Assembly (NCBI GenBank): GCA_030637025.1
Contig: DAOVVV010000024.1
Span: forward strand, 1-39,878
Reading direction: 5' to 3'
DNA from: Clostridia bacterium
GTDB taxonomy: Bacteria > CBDUZB01 > JAGLHV01
DNA length: 39,878 nt
Part shown: one piece after another, positions 30,216 to 39,701 of the stretch
Layout of the letters: every line of letters starts with the position of its first letter
Numbering within the stretch: the stretch's first letter is position 1
Position numbers and translations under genes: made by a program
The notes under the pieces: generated by a model
What the model saw: the letters and a program-made list of their open reading frames with translations, nothing else
Databases searched by the model: none
Told to the model about the DNA's origin: nothing

Positions 30216-30245
30216 TCTAAATCTAATCTTCTTTTTCTGTCATTT
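30216..30245 (-). repeat. Putative recombination-site repeat (degenerate copy)
   Basis: Minus strand AAATGACAGAA-AAAGAAGA-TTAGATTTAGA; spacer 7/8 identical to the 36257 copy. Confidence 0.45.
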
Positions 30246-30794
30246 AATGCCTTCCTTTATTCCCTGTGTATCTTGATTGATATAAGCTTCAAATTTAGGC
30301 CAAAGCACCTGCTTTGCCCAATCCCATTCACCGGTATCTTCAATGCGTCCGACTCTTTTATCTGAGTCTGCCTGCAGCCAGGCAACATATATTGTAGAAG
30401 TTCCGGCTATAATTGCAATTTTAACAATTTCAGAAGAAAAAAATTGAAATTGATCTTTTTGGCCAAAGCGTTCAAATCGAGCAAATGCCTGCTTTTTTTC
30501 GATTAATTTCCACCCATTATTCCCAGCCTTCTGAAAAATTTCAGACAGAACATTATCTATAGATTTTGAGCTGCCCCCAATAGTGTATCTAAAAATAAGA
30601 GCGTCGATATCCTGATTCCCATAGAGACCTTCCACCAAAATATCGTCTATTACAAATTCAGGTAATATCCGGTTAATCTGTTGTACCGTAGGTACATAAT
30701 TCATATCCAAATATTTAATACTAAAAAAGAGTAATATTAGTATTAACACCACACTTAAAAGACAGATTAACCCTCTAAAGTTTCGTAATTTCAT
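30240..30794 (-). CDS. Hypothetical membrane-anchored protein
   Basis: 184-aa ORF with N-terminal TM. Confidence 0.75.
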   Translation of the reverse strand: MKLRNFRGLICLLSVVLILILLFFSIKYLDMNYVPTVQQINRILPEFVIDDILVEGLYGNQDIDALIFRYTIGGSSKSIDNVLSEIFQKAGNNGWKLIEKKQAFARFERFGQKDQFQFFSSEIVKIAIIAGTSTIYVAWLQADSDKRVGRIEDTGEWDWAKQVLWPKFEAYINQDTQGIKEGIK

Positions 30795-30811
30795 ATTCGC
30801 TCTTTATTTGC

Positions 30812-32083
30812 TCATATTTTAATTTTTTTCGGCCAGGGTTCTTTCATAGCAATAGACCAAACTTTATTGATATAGTTCAACATAAAATAATTTTGGGCTA
30901 AATGTATCCAGAAAGATCCGCTTTCGGTAAGAGAAAATTTTTTATCCTTTTCCTTGAGTAATTTTAATATTTGAAACAGTTTTATTGTTTTTAATACCTT
31001 TTTATCTTCCCCAAAAACATCCTTTATTTGTCCTCCATAAAAATAGGTCTCATATAATTTCCAATAAAACCAATAATATTTTGATAAAGAAGGAGTAATA
31101 TCCATTTTCACAGATATAGGAAGTTTGTTGCCTGATAAAGTTTTTATGTATTGGTCCACAGAAAAAGTATTTAGGTAAAACATATTAGAAAAATTCGATC
31201 CTGCCCCTGCACCAATCCCTATGTAATATTCCCTGGTAACCGATGAATATCTGGGGCTATCCCCTTTTTTAAATCCCCATACTGAAACCCTATTAAACCC
31301 TTTTTTTAAAAGATAGTTATGAATTTTTCTATATACTTTCCTTCTGGTAAAAATATTAGGCATTTTAATTTTCTTAAGTTTTAAATACTGTCCTACGGAA
31401 GAATAGGGAAAAGTAAAAAGAGGATACATTGTTATTTGATTAATATTTAAATTTATAGCTTTATCTAAATCAAACATAACATCGGTTATGCTTTGTGCCG
31501 GCAAAGCAAACATTAAATCCAGATTTACCGAATTAAAATTTGCCAGTTTGGCAACTTCTATTGCCGAAAAAATGTCTTTTGCCTGATAATTCCTACCCAG
31601 AAAACAAAGATGTTTATCCTTGAAACTTTGAACTCCAATACTGATTAAGGTAATACCATCTTTCTTTAATTTTTGAATCGTAGATTTATTTACATCGGAA
31701 ATACTTGTTTCCAGGCAAATATCTCCGACAACTGTGAATTTTTCTTTTATTGCTTTTAAAATCACACTAAGTTCATCAATCAGGTTAGTGGGAGTACCTC
31801 CACCAATATAAACAGAAGAAATTTCGATTCTTCCCAGTTTTTCGTAATAAAGCTCTATCTCTTTTAAAACAGCACCTAAATAAGGGTTCACCAGATTTTT
31901 ATCATATTTTATTTTATTATAAGCACAATACGGACACATATTTTTACAAAAGGGAATATGAATATATAATCCTATCCTTTTGGTTGGTAAAAATTGTATT
32001 TCATTTACTTTTTTAAAAACAAACTCTTGCTCTTTACCTACCAGGTATCGCCTTAGTGTTTTAGTTAAGAAATTAATAATCAT
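30812..32083 (-). CDS. HemN-like (class C) radical SAM enzyme, MenK/MqnK-like
   Basis: LYIHIPFCKNMCPYC, YIGGGTPT, SIGVQSF, DLMFALP, QITMYPLF, YIGIGAGA, YLNTFSVDQY. Confidence 0.85.
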   Translation of the reverse strand: MIINFLTKTLRRYLVGKEQEFVFKKVNEIQFLPTKRIGLYIHIPFCKNMCPYCAYNKIKYDKNLVNPYLGAVLKEIELYYEKLGRIEISSVYIGGGTPTNLIDELSVILKAIKEKFTVVGDICLETSISDVNKSTIQKLKKDGITLISIGVQSFKDKHLCFLGRNYQAKDIFSAIEVAKLANFNSVNLDLMFALPAQSITDVMFDLDKAINLNINQITMYPLFTFPYSSVGQYLKLKKIKMPNIFTRRKVYRKIHNYLLKKGFNRVSVWGFKKGDSPRYSSVTREYYIGIGAGAGSNFSNMFYLNTFSVDQYIKTLSGNKLPISVKMDITPSLSKYYWFYWKLYETYFYGGQIKDVFGEDKKVLKTIKLFQILKLLKEKDKKFSLTESGSFWIHLAQNYFMLNYINKVWSIAMKEPWPKKIKI

Positions 32084-32084
32084 C

Positions 32085-33008
32085 CTAACCCCTGGGTAAA
32101 TAACTTAAAGCTAAAAAAATAGCACTCGGCTTTAGTTTTAAAATATAAATAATCTCAGGATATCCGAGATAGCCACAGTTTTTACAAGCAATCTCATTTC
32201 CCAGAGCACGACAACATTGATACAGTTTATTATTGGCGTATACATAACATATTTTGGACGGCCTCTTCCAACTATCATTAGCAACAGCTTTTAAACAAGC
32301 CGTTGAATTTAATATTTTATATCCTTTATTTTTTAAAGCAAAAATCCTTTCAATGATTTTTCTTTTTTCTTCCATATCCAGAAAAAGCTCATCGTATCCA
32401 TAATACGGAGTATGAAAGTAAAAGAAAATCCCTTTAATTTGTTCAATATTGGTTATTTCATCACAAAACTTTTCAATTTCATTTTGATTTTTTTTGTTTA
32501 TGGTAAAATTTATGATGATATTGGGATGACTTGATTTTTTTATATTACGCAGAACTACATCATAAATATTTTTTCCATTTCCACGCAATTCATTATTGGT
32601 TTCTTTTAATCCATCTAAACTCACAAAAACAGAATCAGTCGATACTTCAATGGGAAATGTTCCATTGGTATAAATACTTACTAAATAAAATCCAATTCCT
32701 CTGGCCAGTTTTACAACATCATTCAGTTTATATTTTCCATCTCGCCAGAGAAAAGGTTCCCCTCCCTCAATAAAAACAGACCTGATTCCTTTATCATGAA
32801 ATATTTGTAACCCTTTACCAATTTCCTCATATGATAAATCGGGAATATTTTTTCTGTTGGCAACATCACATTGTTTACAATTAAGATTACAATTCTCATT
32901 AATAACCAAGCCGCCTATAAAGGGTATTTCTTTACCCAATATCTTTGTCCTTATAAAATAACTTATCGCGTATAAAAAGTATTGTACTTTTTTAAATATA
33001 GTTTTCAT
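32085..33008 (-). CDS. Radical SAM protein with C-terminal Cys cluster (Twitch/SPASM-like)
   Basis: CNLNCKQC, EGGEPF, TNG, VSLDG; C-terminal C...CCR...CKNC. Confidence 0.9.
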   Translation of the reverse strand: MKTIFKKVQYFLYAISYFIRTKILGKEIPFIGGLVINENCNLNCKQCDVANRKNIPDLSYEEIGKGLQIFHDKGIRSVFIEGGEPFLWRDGKYKLNDVVKLARGIGFYLVSIYTNGTFPIEVSTDSVFVSLDGLKETNNELRGNGKNIYDVVLRNIKKSSHPNIIINFTINKKNQNEIEKFCDEITNIEQIKGIFFYFHTPYYGYDELFLDMEEKRKIIERIFALKNKGYKILNSTACLKAVANDSWKRPSKICYVYANNKLYQCCRALGNEIACKNCGYLGYPEIIYILKLKPSAIFLALSYLPRG

Positions 33009-33090
33009 ATTATAATCTTAATAATAAAATCCATCTTAGGGTTGCAAATATAACCAATTCTCTATTTTTATTAGACATTTAAATTTTACA

Positions 33091-33759
33091 CTACTCCCCT
33101 ATATTAATTTTCTTCATTTTAAATATGTTTTTAAAATAAACCCAGTGCCACGATATATGAAATATGGAAATGACAAACATCGCTATCCCGGTTTCTACAT
33201 GCCAAAACAAAATATCAAAGGGCAAGGGGATAATTATGCCTAAATTAACTTTAATAATTAATAGAACCCCTGTTATTCCTGAAAATAAAAAGGTAAGGAG
33301 CAGTAAACAATTCCAAATTCTTCTATGGTTTACCAGCTTTATAATTTTTTTTCTGGATAGAATACAACCAAATAAATATAAAAAAACTAAAACTAATGAT
33401 ATGGGCAACAAATGATAAATTCGTTTATGCCCCCTATTCCTTTCCTCTACCCCGATAAGCTGAGTATTTGATTCCAATGATACATCAATATCAGTGACCA
33501 CTTTTGTTTCTAATTCTTTGTTCTTTTTTAAATGGTCACCATCATTTATTATGATTTCGCTATTAGTGAAATTACTCTTTCTATCTTCCGGTGCCGGCTG
33601 CGAACGGTCACAAATCCCATCATTGTCTGTATCAATATATCTTCTACAATCACCAGGATAAACATCATTAATTTTACCTAAAGGACAATCATCCCAGGCT
33701 AATCCTATTATGGGAATTAAAATAAACAATAACAAAGTAAAGATTATTTTTTTTATCAT
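33091..33759 (-). CDS. DUF4405-like membrane protein with N-terminal Cys/DxDxDG motif
   Basis: Signal peptide, WDDCP..DVYPGDCRRYIDTDNDGICD, three TMs with WHVETG..FHISWHW histidines. Confidence 0.72.
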   Translation of the reverse strand: MIKKIIFTLLLFILIPIIGLAWDDCPLGKINDVYPGDCRRYIDTDNDGICDRSQPAPEDRKSNFTNSEIIINDGDHLKKNKELETKVVTDIDVSLESNTQLIGVEERNRGHKRIYHLLPISLVLVFLYLFGCILSRKKIIKLVNHRRIWNCLLLLTFLFSGITGVLLIIKVNLGIIIPLPFDILFWHVETGIAMFVISIFHISWHWVYFKNIFKMKKINIGE

Positions 33760-33818
33760 AAAATTATTAGTTATAAAGTAATATAACTTCCTTTCTTGTT
33801 TTTTTGCAATATATTGTG

Positions 33819-34265
33819 TTATCTGCTGTTTTGGGCTGATTTATCTATTTTTTTTATCACTTCATTTAATTCTTTTCTGGAACTTATATTACATTTAGAA
33901 CCTATCAACTCCACCGCTTTTTGATAGGCATGCTCACTTTTTTCCTGCTGATAAATTCTGTTATATACTACAAATAAACGACCATACGTCAAACCTAAAT
34001 CATTGATAAAAATATTATAATTTGTGCTTTGAGGATCTAGCGTCTTTTTGTAAGATTCCAATTTGTCTATAATGAAATTTAAAGAAATTAAAGATGAATT
34101 AATTTCACCTGTTTGGTACACTTTGAAAGCTAATTCTTCGCACTGGACAAGATTTTCCAATTTCGCTCTTTGTTTATTGTAAAATATGACCTTAGCCCAA
34201 AAAATACTTACACCCACGCCACCAATTATTATACCAATCATTATAAATACTAACTTTTTTTGCAT
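33819..34265 (-). CDS. Hypothetical membrane-anchored protein
   Basis: 148-aa ORF, N-terminal TM, helical/TPR-like tail. Confidence 0.7.
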   Translation of the reverse strand: MQKKLVFIMIGIIIGGVGVSIFWAKVIFYNKQRAKLENLVQCEELAFKVYQTGEINSSLISLNFIIDKLESYKKTLDPQSTNYNIFINDLGLTYGRLFVVYNRIYQQEKSEHAYQKAVELIGSKCNISSRKELNEVIKKIDKSAQNSR

Positions 34266-34333
34266 AATTTTATCTTCTTTTTTAAATTTCTAAACCCTTT
34301 TTGTTGTGTCATAAAAAGAAATCTCCTTTAAAT

Positions 34334-34774
34334 TTAACGTCCACCAATAAAACTTTCCTTAGGAATAAATAATCGATATTTTTTATTAAAATCATTCCCA
34401 TTTTTTGTCCAAATTAACATAGGAACTTCAAGAGTCACCCCATTATCTTCCCAAACTACCTTTGCTCTTTTTAATTCTTCCCCCTTGATATACTTATTAT
34501 AGTAATCATCAAAATAATTCATATGATAGCCATAATCTCCTCCATCTTTATATAACTTATCGTTAACAATTTTTATTTTTAATCGCGTTCTTAAAGTCTC
34601 TTGTTCTTTTACAACAAGCAAACAATACGGGTCAAAAGAATTATAATTAATCCCTATCGGCTGAACTGATTTAAATAAGACTTTTTGCGACCAAGAAATT
34701 CCAATCATCTGTGTCACAACTAAAAACAACAAAATGAAAAGGGCAATACCGGTTAATATTTTATTTGTTTTCAT
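34334..34774 (-). CDS. Hypothetical membrane-anchored protein
   Basis: 146-aa ORF, N-terminal TM, ends LFIPKESFIGGR. Confidence 0.72.
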   Translation of the reverse strand: MKTNKILTGIALFILLFLVVTQMIGISWSQKVLFKSVQPIGINYNSFDPYCLLVVKEQETLRTRLKIKIVNDKLYKDGGDYGYHMNYFDDYYNKYIKGEELKRAKVVWEDNGVTLEVPMLIWTKNGNDFNKKYRLFIPKESFIGGR

Positions 34775-34860
34775 GATTTATATACTTCCACCGTGTCGTA
34801 TCAACAACTTAATGTATCACTATCAAGTAATAAATTGTATTCAATAAATTAATTATGTTT

Positions 34861-35154
34861 TTATTTTAATGTATCTGTTATATCAAACCAATATTTGTGC
34901 ATTTCTTTTAAAAAGTCTTTATCATCTACAGGGAATCCGGATTTCTTTCCGATAACTGAATCAATACCACATTTGGGGCATAAAGCCGTTTGTCCTATAT
35001 TATTTTTATCCTCATCAACCCATTCCTTAATTTCGGATGGGAAAAAAATTGCTTTACAATAAAAACAACCACATAATTTACTTTTAAATATTTCTTCTTT
35101 ATGTATTGAAGAATGTTTATGGGCATCTTCTAATATTGTTTTATCTATTTTCAT
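34861..35154 (-). CDS. Conserved small Zn-binding protein
   Basis: CGCFYC...TALCPKCGIDSVIG...LKEMHKYWF. Confidence 0.85.
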   Translation of the reverse strand: MKIDKTILEDAHKHSSIHKEEIFKSKLCGCFYCKAIFFPSEIKEWVDEDKNNIGQTALCPKCGIDSVIGKKSGFPVDDKDFLKEMHKYWFDITDTLK

Positions 35155-35308
35155 TCTGTTTTTTTTAAACTTATATCGATTATAATATCCTGCTACTTAT
35201 ACTGAACTGCTACTTCATAAAATTTGCCATCAATCTCTGTTACTAATAAAACATATCCCCTCAGCCTCAAATTTTACATTTATATCCTGATAGATATCCT
35301 CTTTTTTG

Positions 35309-35860
35309 CTATTTTCTTGTTAGCTTTTTATTATACTCATCTATTTCTTTTGATAACTCAAGGATATCATTAAATCCATTCTCTTTACAGTATTCTGACA
35401 AATAAGAATTTTCGCTTATTTTATCTAAATACCATCCGAAGTTTGATACCTCTTCAAGGGAAAGTGTTTTTGCATTAAAATATGCATAGGCCATAAGGTC
35501 AAGAAAATTTAATAATTTATCAAATTTTTGGTAATATTCTGAGTATTGCAAAATATTTTTCTGATCAAAATTTTCATACAAAGTTTTAATGTTTATTTCC
35601 GAATGTCTATTCTCCAGAATTTTTATTGCTTCACCCAAGACATTATCTGTATCCAGTAATTTCGCCTGTTCAAAAATAAATTCTGTTCTCCTCCAGGCTA
35701 ACTCCCGGTTTCTGGTATCAAAATACTTCCACAATCCCCAGATCGCTACTAGCAATGTTGAAACAACCTGCCAATTACTTTCCAATAACACTAACATTAT
35801 TACTATTCCCAACATTAGAATAATCTGCCGTTTATTTTTTAACAAAAAATCCTTCATCAT
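35309..35860 (-). CDS. Hypothetical membrane protein; start reassigned to MMKD at 35860
   Basis: The called start (35899) overlaps the ykgJ-like gene; GAGGTG RBS precedes the ATG at 35860. Confidence 0.7.
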   Translation of the reverse strand: MMKDFLLKNKRQIILMLGIVIMLVLLESNWQVVSTLLVAIWGLWKYFDTRNRELAWRRTEFIFEQAKLLDTDNVLGEAIKILENRHSEINIKTLYENFDQKNILQYSEYYQKFDKLLNFLDLMAYAYFNAKTLSLEEVSNFGWYLDKISENSYLSEYCKENGFNDILELSKEIDEYNKKLTRK

Positions 35861-35867
35861 TCTCTTT

Positions 35868-36221
35868 TCACCTCTTTCGTTTTTGTTTTGTATACGCATC
35901 TAACTCTTCCGGTGAGGAAATTATTTTATCATACCATTGCCCGGTCATTTCACAGGAATCCGATTTATGCTCTCTACATACTTCAGGCCTGCGGTCATAT
36001 ATTTTACAAAGATTAGTATCGGATAAATACATACACTTCCCCTTAATTAACAAATACCACCGACGACTTTTAATATATACTTTTACCGTATCAAAATGTA
36101 ATTTCCACCGCAAATCATCAATTTCAGCAATATTTCTTGGTTTTGTCATCGGAACAGCTAAGTTTCGACAACAAATTGCTTCACATTCTTTACATACATC
36201 CTTTTCTTTAACAATCATCAT
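35868..36221 (-). CDS. YkgJ-family (CxxCxxCC) cysteine-cluster protein
   Basis: CKECEAICC...CMYL....CKIYDRRPEVCR; AAGGAG RBS. Confidence 0.88.
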   Translation of the reverse strand: MMIVKEKDVCKECEAICCRNLAVPMTKPRNIAEIDDLRWKLHFDTVKVYIKSRRWYLLIKGKCMYLSDTNLCKIYDRRPEVCREHKSDSCEMTGQWYDKIISSPEELDAYTKQKRKR

Positions 36222-36256
36222 TTCTCCTTTATAATTCCCGAACTTTACCCCTATTA

Positions 36257-36292
36257 TTTAAACCTAATTTTCTTTTCATGTCAACAATATTA
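36257..36292 (-). repeat. Putative recombination-site repeat, strong copy
   Basis: 30/36 identical to 39666-39701; core TGTTGACATGA-AAAGAAAA-TTAGGTTTAAA. Confidence 0.6.
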
Positions 36293-36347
36293 TATTTCCC
36301 CTATTGACTCATTTATACCTCTATAAATCTCTTCACTTTTTTACCCT

Positions 36348-36368
36348 TTTATGTCAACTATTTTAACT
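36348..36368 (-). repeat. Half-site copy of the same repeat
   Basis: tttatgtcaactattttaact is 19/21 identical to 39684-39704. Confidence 0.55.
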
Positions 36369-36406
36369 TTTTTGCTTTAGTTTTTACCTATTCTAAAATA
36401 CCTTTA

Positions 36407-37141
36407 TTATTTAATAGCAACCAATACTTTAATCCATTCAAATTCAGGCAGGGGTTTAATTGTAATTTTTTGAAATTTAACCTTTTTACATATATCCTTC
36501 CATTGTTTAAAGCTTATGCAATATTCACCATCATTTAAAATATGTTTTTTTCCATTGTCATACATACGTTTAAAGGCATCTATGCCCCCTTCTTTTAGGG
36601 CAAGAGCGAATTCTTCTTTTAAACAATCAATAATCCTTAATAAACGTCTTGGATCTCTTAGCTTTCCGGTAGTATCCATATCAATGTCTCCTAAAATGAA
36701 TTTTCCCCCGGGTTTTAATATACTACGGATTTTTCTTAATACCGGATATTTATACTTTATATGATGCAGGGTTACCGTTGAAGCAACAATATTAAACGAA
36801 TTCTTTTTAAAACCAAGAGAGGTACTATCTTCAAGTTTACAGGTAATACTGTCATTTAAAGATAATTTTTTGATTTTATCTTTAAAGATTGAGAGCATCT
36901 CCGGTGAATTATCTATAGCTGTAATAAAACAATCAATCTTTTTAAGGAATTTTAAGCTTAAAAGCCCGGTACCACAGCCAATATCCAATACTTTATGATT
37001 TTTTTTAACCGCTGAGAGATTAACAACAAGCTCAAGTAATTTATGATGTCTTTTAATTTTACCCAGAGTTTTATCGTATTCATTAGCCCATTCTTTGAAC
37101 CATTCTTTAGTAATTTTATTTGTCTTTTTATTTTTCTTCAT
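36407..37141 (-). CDS. Class I SAM-dependent methyltransferase
   Basis: VLDIGCGTG, AIDNSPEML, TLHH, LKPGGK; AGGAG RBS. Confidence 0.9.
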   Translation of the reverse strand: MKKNKKTNKITKEWFKEWANEYDKTLGKIKRHHKLLELVVNLSAVKKNHKVLDIGCGTGLLSLKFLKKIDCFITAIDNSPEMLSIFKDKIKKLSLNDSITCKLEDSTSLGFKKNSFNIVASTVTLHHIKYKYPVLRKIRSILKPGGKFILGDIDMDTTGKLRDPRRLLRIIDCLKEEFALALKEGGIDAFKRMYDNGKKHILNDGEYCISFKQWKDICKKVKFQKITIKPLPEFEWIKVLVAIK

Positions 37142-37167
37142 AATTTATAGATCTCCTATACTTAAAT

Positions 37168-37452
37168 TTATCTGTTTTTTATCTTAAACATCAATTTTTC
37201 TGAAAAAACACCAAAACCAAATAGACCAATAACGATAACAATATCTATTATTTTTCTAAATAAATTATTGCTTGCCATAAAATCCCCGAACAATGCTACC
37301 GGCCAAACTAAAGAAAAAATTAAAGTTAATAAAATTGTAGGTAAATCCATTGATAATACCTCTGGATCGTTTAACCAAACTAAAAAAGCAATAAGATTAA
37401 AAAAAATAATCCCCCATAAATATGAAAAAAATAATATTTTTATTGTCTTCAT
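37168..37452 (-). CDS. Small hypothetical integral membrane protein (3 TM); likely start MKTIK
   Basis: Three hydrophobic segments; GAGGAG RBS upstream of the ATG at 37452. Confidence 0.65.
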   Translation of the reverse strand: MKTIKILFFSYLWGIIFFNLIAFLVWLNDPEVLSMDLPTILLTLIFSLVWPVALFGDFMASNNLFRKIIDIVIVIGLFGFGVFSEKLMFKIKNR

Positions 37453-37489
37453 CTTTTTCTCCTCAAAAAACACCACTTGCATTAATTTA

Positions 37490-37984
37490 TTAGCTAATCC
37501 CTTTTTTTAAAATATTTCTTATTTGTTTGAGTATTTTTTTAACTTTAGAATAATTGTCAGGACATTTATAAATGTTTATATCGTTCACTATTTTTTTAAT
37601 CTGTTCGTACAATAAAATCAATTGTTCTCTTTTCTCTAAAGTTTGCTTGCCAATTCTTTTAAATCTTTCGTCATCCGAATTGAAAGAAATCATATATTCG
37701 GAAAAATTACTACGGGCTTGATTTAGGGATATTTCATCATTAGCACCTCCTTTTTCCTCTGCGTCTGCATCATCCTGCCCATCATCCTCCCACCAACAAA
37801 TCTGACAAATTTCATACTCAATTCGTCGTTGGAGAGTTGGATAACCACAACATGGACAGGTGCTACGACTACGAATATCCATGGGAAGCAAATAAGTTAA
37901 AAATCTCCAGAAAGAACATCTATATTCAATATGCCTCCATTGTGCATCAAACCACCGTCTTCTATTTATTAGTTTATTATTCAT
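37490..37984 (-). CDS. Cys-rich CPCC-domain protein
   Basis: CPCCGYPTL...YEICQICWWEDDG...GGAN..ISLNQARSNF. Confidence 0.85.
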   Translation of the reverse strand: MNNKLINRRRWFDAQWRHIEYRCSFWRFLTYLLPMDIRSRSTCPCCGYPTLQRRIEYEICQICWWEDDGQDDADAEEKGGANDEISLNQARSNFSEYMISFNSDDERFKRIGKQTLEKREQLILLYEQIKKIVNDINIYKCPDNYSKVKKILKQIRNILKKGIS

Positions 37985-38416
37985 ATTAGTTTCCTCTACT
38001 CAAAAATTAGTAATGTCAAAAACATCCGGTAGACAAGAGCAAACAAAATAAACTCTAAATCTAACACATTAAAATCCAAACAATATTTAAATTCCCTGCT
38101 TATAGACTGTCGAACAGGTAACCCAAATACAAATTATCGAAAATTATTTTCATAATTATTACCCATACTTAATATACAAAATCAGCGAATAGATTTGTAT
38201 TCCTTCTCTTTCCTTTTAGGACAATGAATAACATACACTATCTAAAATGTTACAGTAAAACTATACCAGACGGAATTAATCCCTATCGAATTATTCTTTT
38301 TTCATTAGGTAAAATACATAGAGGCATTCTTTGATTCTCCCTATTATGAGAACAAATATTTTATTCTGGTTTTTCTTATCAACTTATTTATACTTTTATA
38401 AATGTATCTTTGTTTT

Positions 38417-39142
38417 TTAGTTGTGCTGATTTTTATTTATAAATTTAAAAGTAGAAATAATTTTTTCAATAATAGTATCATATTTTGTTTCCATACTTTT
38501 ATCTTTTGAAGACTTATGGAATTTAAACCGTTTCTTGTGAGCATAGAATTCAATAACTATTTCATCCGATATAGGGAGTAGATAATAAAAAACACCTTTA
38601 CCATAAGGACCAGGGTATCCAGGTAACTTTACAACCGTATACTTTCCAATATTAATATGAAATTTTTTCTTATTAAATTGTTTATTATAAAACTCGGCCT
38701 TTTTTCCAATATGAGGATGAATTGTTATGGAGGATATCTCTCCGATAGGTATTTCAGAAACAGGTATGTTCCCAATAAGTTTTTTTTCCACCAAAACAAT
38801 CATATTCTTAAAAGGTCTTTCAAATTCCTCCGGATCAAAGCCCGATTCTTTTAGTGATGCTCTAATGCCTTTTTCAAGTTGATGAATTTCTTCTTTGTAT
38901 TTACCTACAACAAAATTATGAGAATATTCAAATTCAAACCCAACTTTCTTATTTCGATAAGTTTGCCATTTACCGGTTTTGCTAATGCTATCTATCAAAA
39001 TTTTCTCTTTAGTCTTTCCCCCGTGACATATTTGTTGTCCATAAATTCCAACATCAAACACCATTATAACAATAATTAATGCACCGGAAAATACCGATAT
39101 ATTTTTTAAGTTTTGAATTAATCTATCGAGTTGTTTATTCAT
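38417..39142 (-). CDS. Hypothetical membrane-anchored protein with PsbP-related-like motif
   Basis: N-terminal TM, WQTYRNKKVGFEFEY, C-terminal IISTFKF. Confidence 0.72.
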   Translation of the reverse strand: MNKQLDRLIQNLKNISVFSGALIIVIMVFDVGIYGQQICHGGKTKEKILIDSISKTGKWQTYRNKKVGFEFEYSHNFVVGKYKEEIHQLEKGIRASLKESGFDPEEFERPFKNMIVLVEKKLIGNIPVSEIPIGEISSITIHPHIGKKAEFYNKQFNKKKFHINIGKYTVVKLPGYPGPYGKGVFYYLLPISDEIVIEFYAHKKRFKFHKSSKDKSMETKYDTIIEKIISTFKFINKNQHN

Positions 39143-39152
39143 AATGTTTATA

Positions 39153-39173
39153 CGAAAATAGCCTTTCGCTATT
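39153..39173 (-). terminator. Possible weak intrinsic terminator after trmO
   Basis: AATAGC-GAAAG-GCTATT hairpin followed by TT. Confidence 0.45.
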
Positions 39174-39175
39174 GT

Positions 39176-39643
39176 TCATTCTCTATCTGCTGGTTTTGGA
39201 CGCAATTCTTTTATTTCAACCCATCCGTTGTTTGCGTTAATAAAATGATCAAATTTTGGTATATAAGGTTTAATATCAATAAGAGGCGTATTATCAAGAA
39301 TATCTATTCCACTTACTTCCAAAACATTTCCATTTCTTTTTAGAAGCTTTACTATGGAAATTCCAACCCCATTGGGTCTACAAGGATGTCGTGAGGCAAA
39401 AATTCCATGAGAGCAATCATCCAGAAAAGTAGGCCGTACTAATTTAATTTTTCCTGCCTGGTTGAAAATATAAAACAGTATGATATGAGAAAAGGTTTCA
39501 ACATCTTTTAATCCTTTTTCATACTCCGGAAATATTTCAACTTGTCCTTTTTCCTGAGTATTTATAGCACCCTGGATTGGACACTCTTCTTTTATCTTAT
39601 ATGGAGTATGAATAATTCCAATTGGTTTTATTTCGTATCTCAT
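39176..39643 (-). CDS. trmO: TrmO/TsaA-family tRNA methyltransferase-like protein (UPF0066)
   Basis: KPIGIIHTP, PIQG, GIFASRHPCRPNGVG, DILDNTPLIDIKPY. Confidence 0.88.
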   Translation of the reverse strand: MRYEIKPIGIIHTPYKIKEECPIQGAINTQEKGQVEIFPEYEKGLKDVETFSHIILFYIFNQAGKIKLVRPTFLDDCSHGIFASRHPCRPNGVGISIVKLLKRNGNVLEVSGIDILDNTPLIDIKPYIPKFDHFINANNGWVEIKELRPKPADRE

Positions 39644-39665
39644 TTTATTTTTTGTTTCCCCTCCT

Positions 39666-39701
39666 TTTCAATCTAATTCTCCGTTTATGTCAACAATATT
39701 A
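39666..39701 (-). repeat. Putative recombination-site repeat, strong copy
   Basis: Core TGTTGACATAA-ACGGAGAA-TTAGATTGAAA; 30/36 identical to 36257-36292. Confidence 0.6.

Noticed and set aside
30812-32083. Annotation as true coproporphyrinogen dehydrogenase HemN
   Set aside because: Lacks the N-terminal PRYTSYP motif of HemN and there are no heme biosynthesis genes nearby
24070-33792. Shared 11-mer TATAACTTCCT at 24070 and 33782
   Set aside because: Only two copies with little extension; compatible with chance in AT-rich DNA
2433-39343. Plus-strand ORFs of 60-119 aa in the ORF track
   Set aside because: Antisense shadows of confident minus-strand genes (or nested in the pbpC remnant), with no recognisable motifs
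36279-39693. TTGACA hexamers at 36279, 36352 and 39688 as sigma70 -35 boxes
   Set aside because: No TAnnnT -10 at 16-18 nt spacing; reinterpreted as arms of the repeat family
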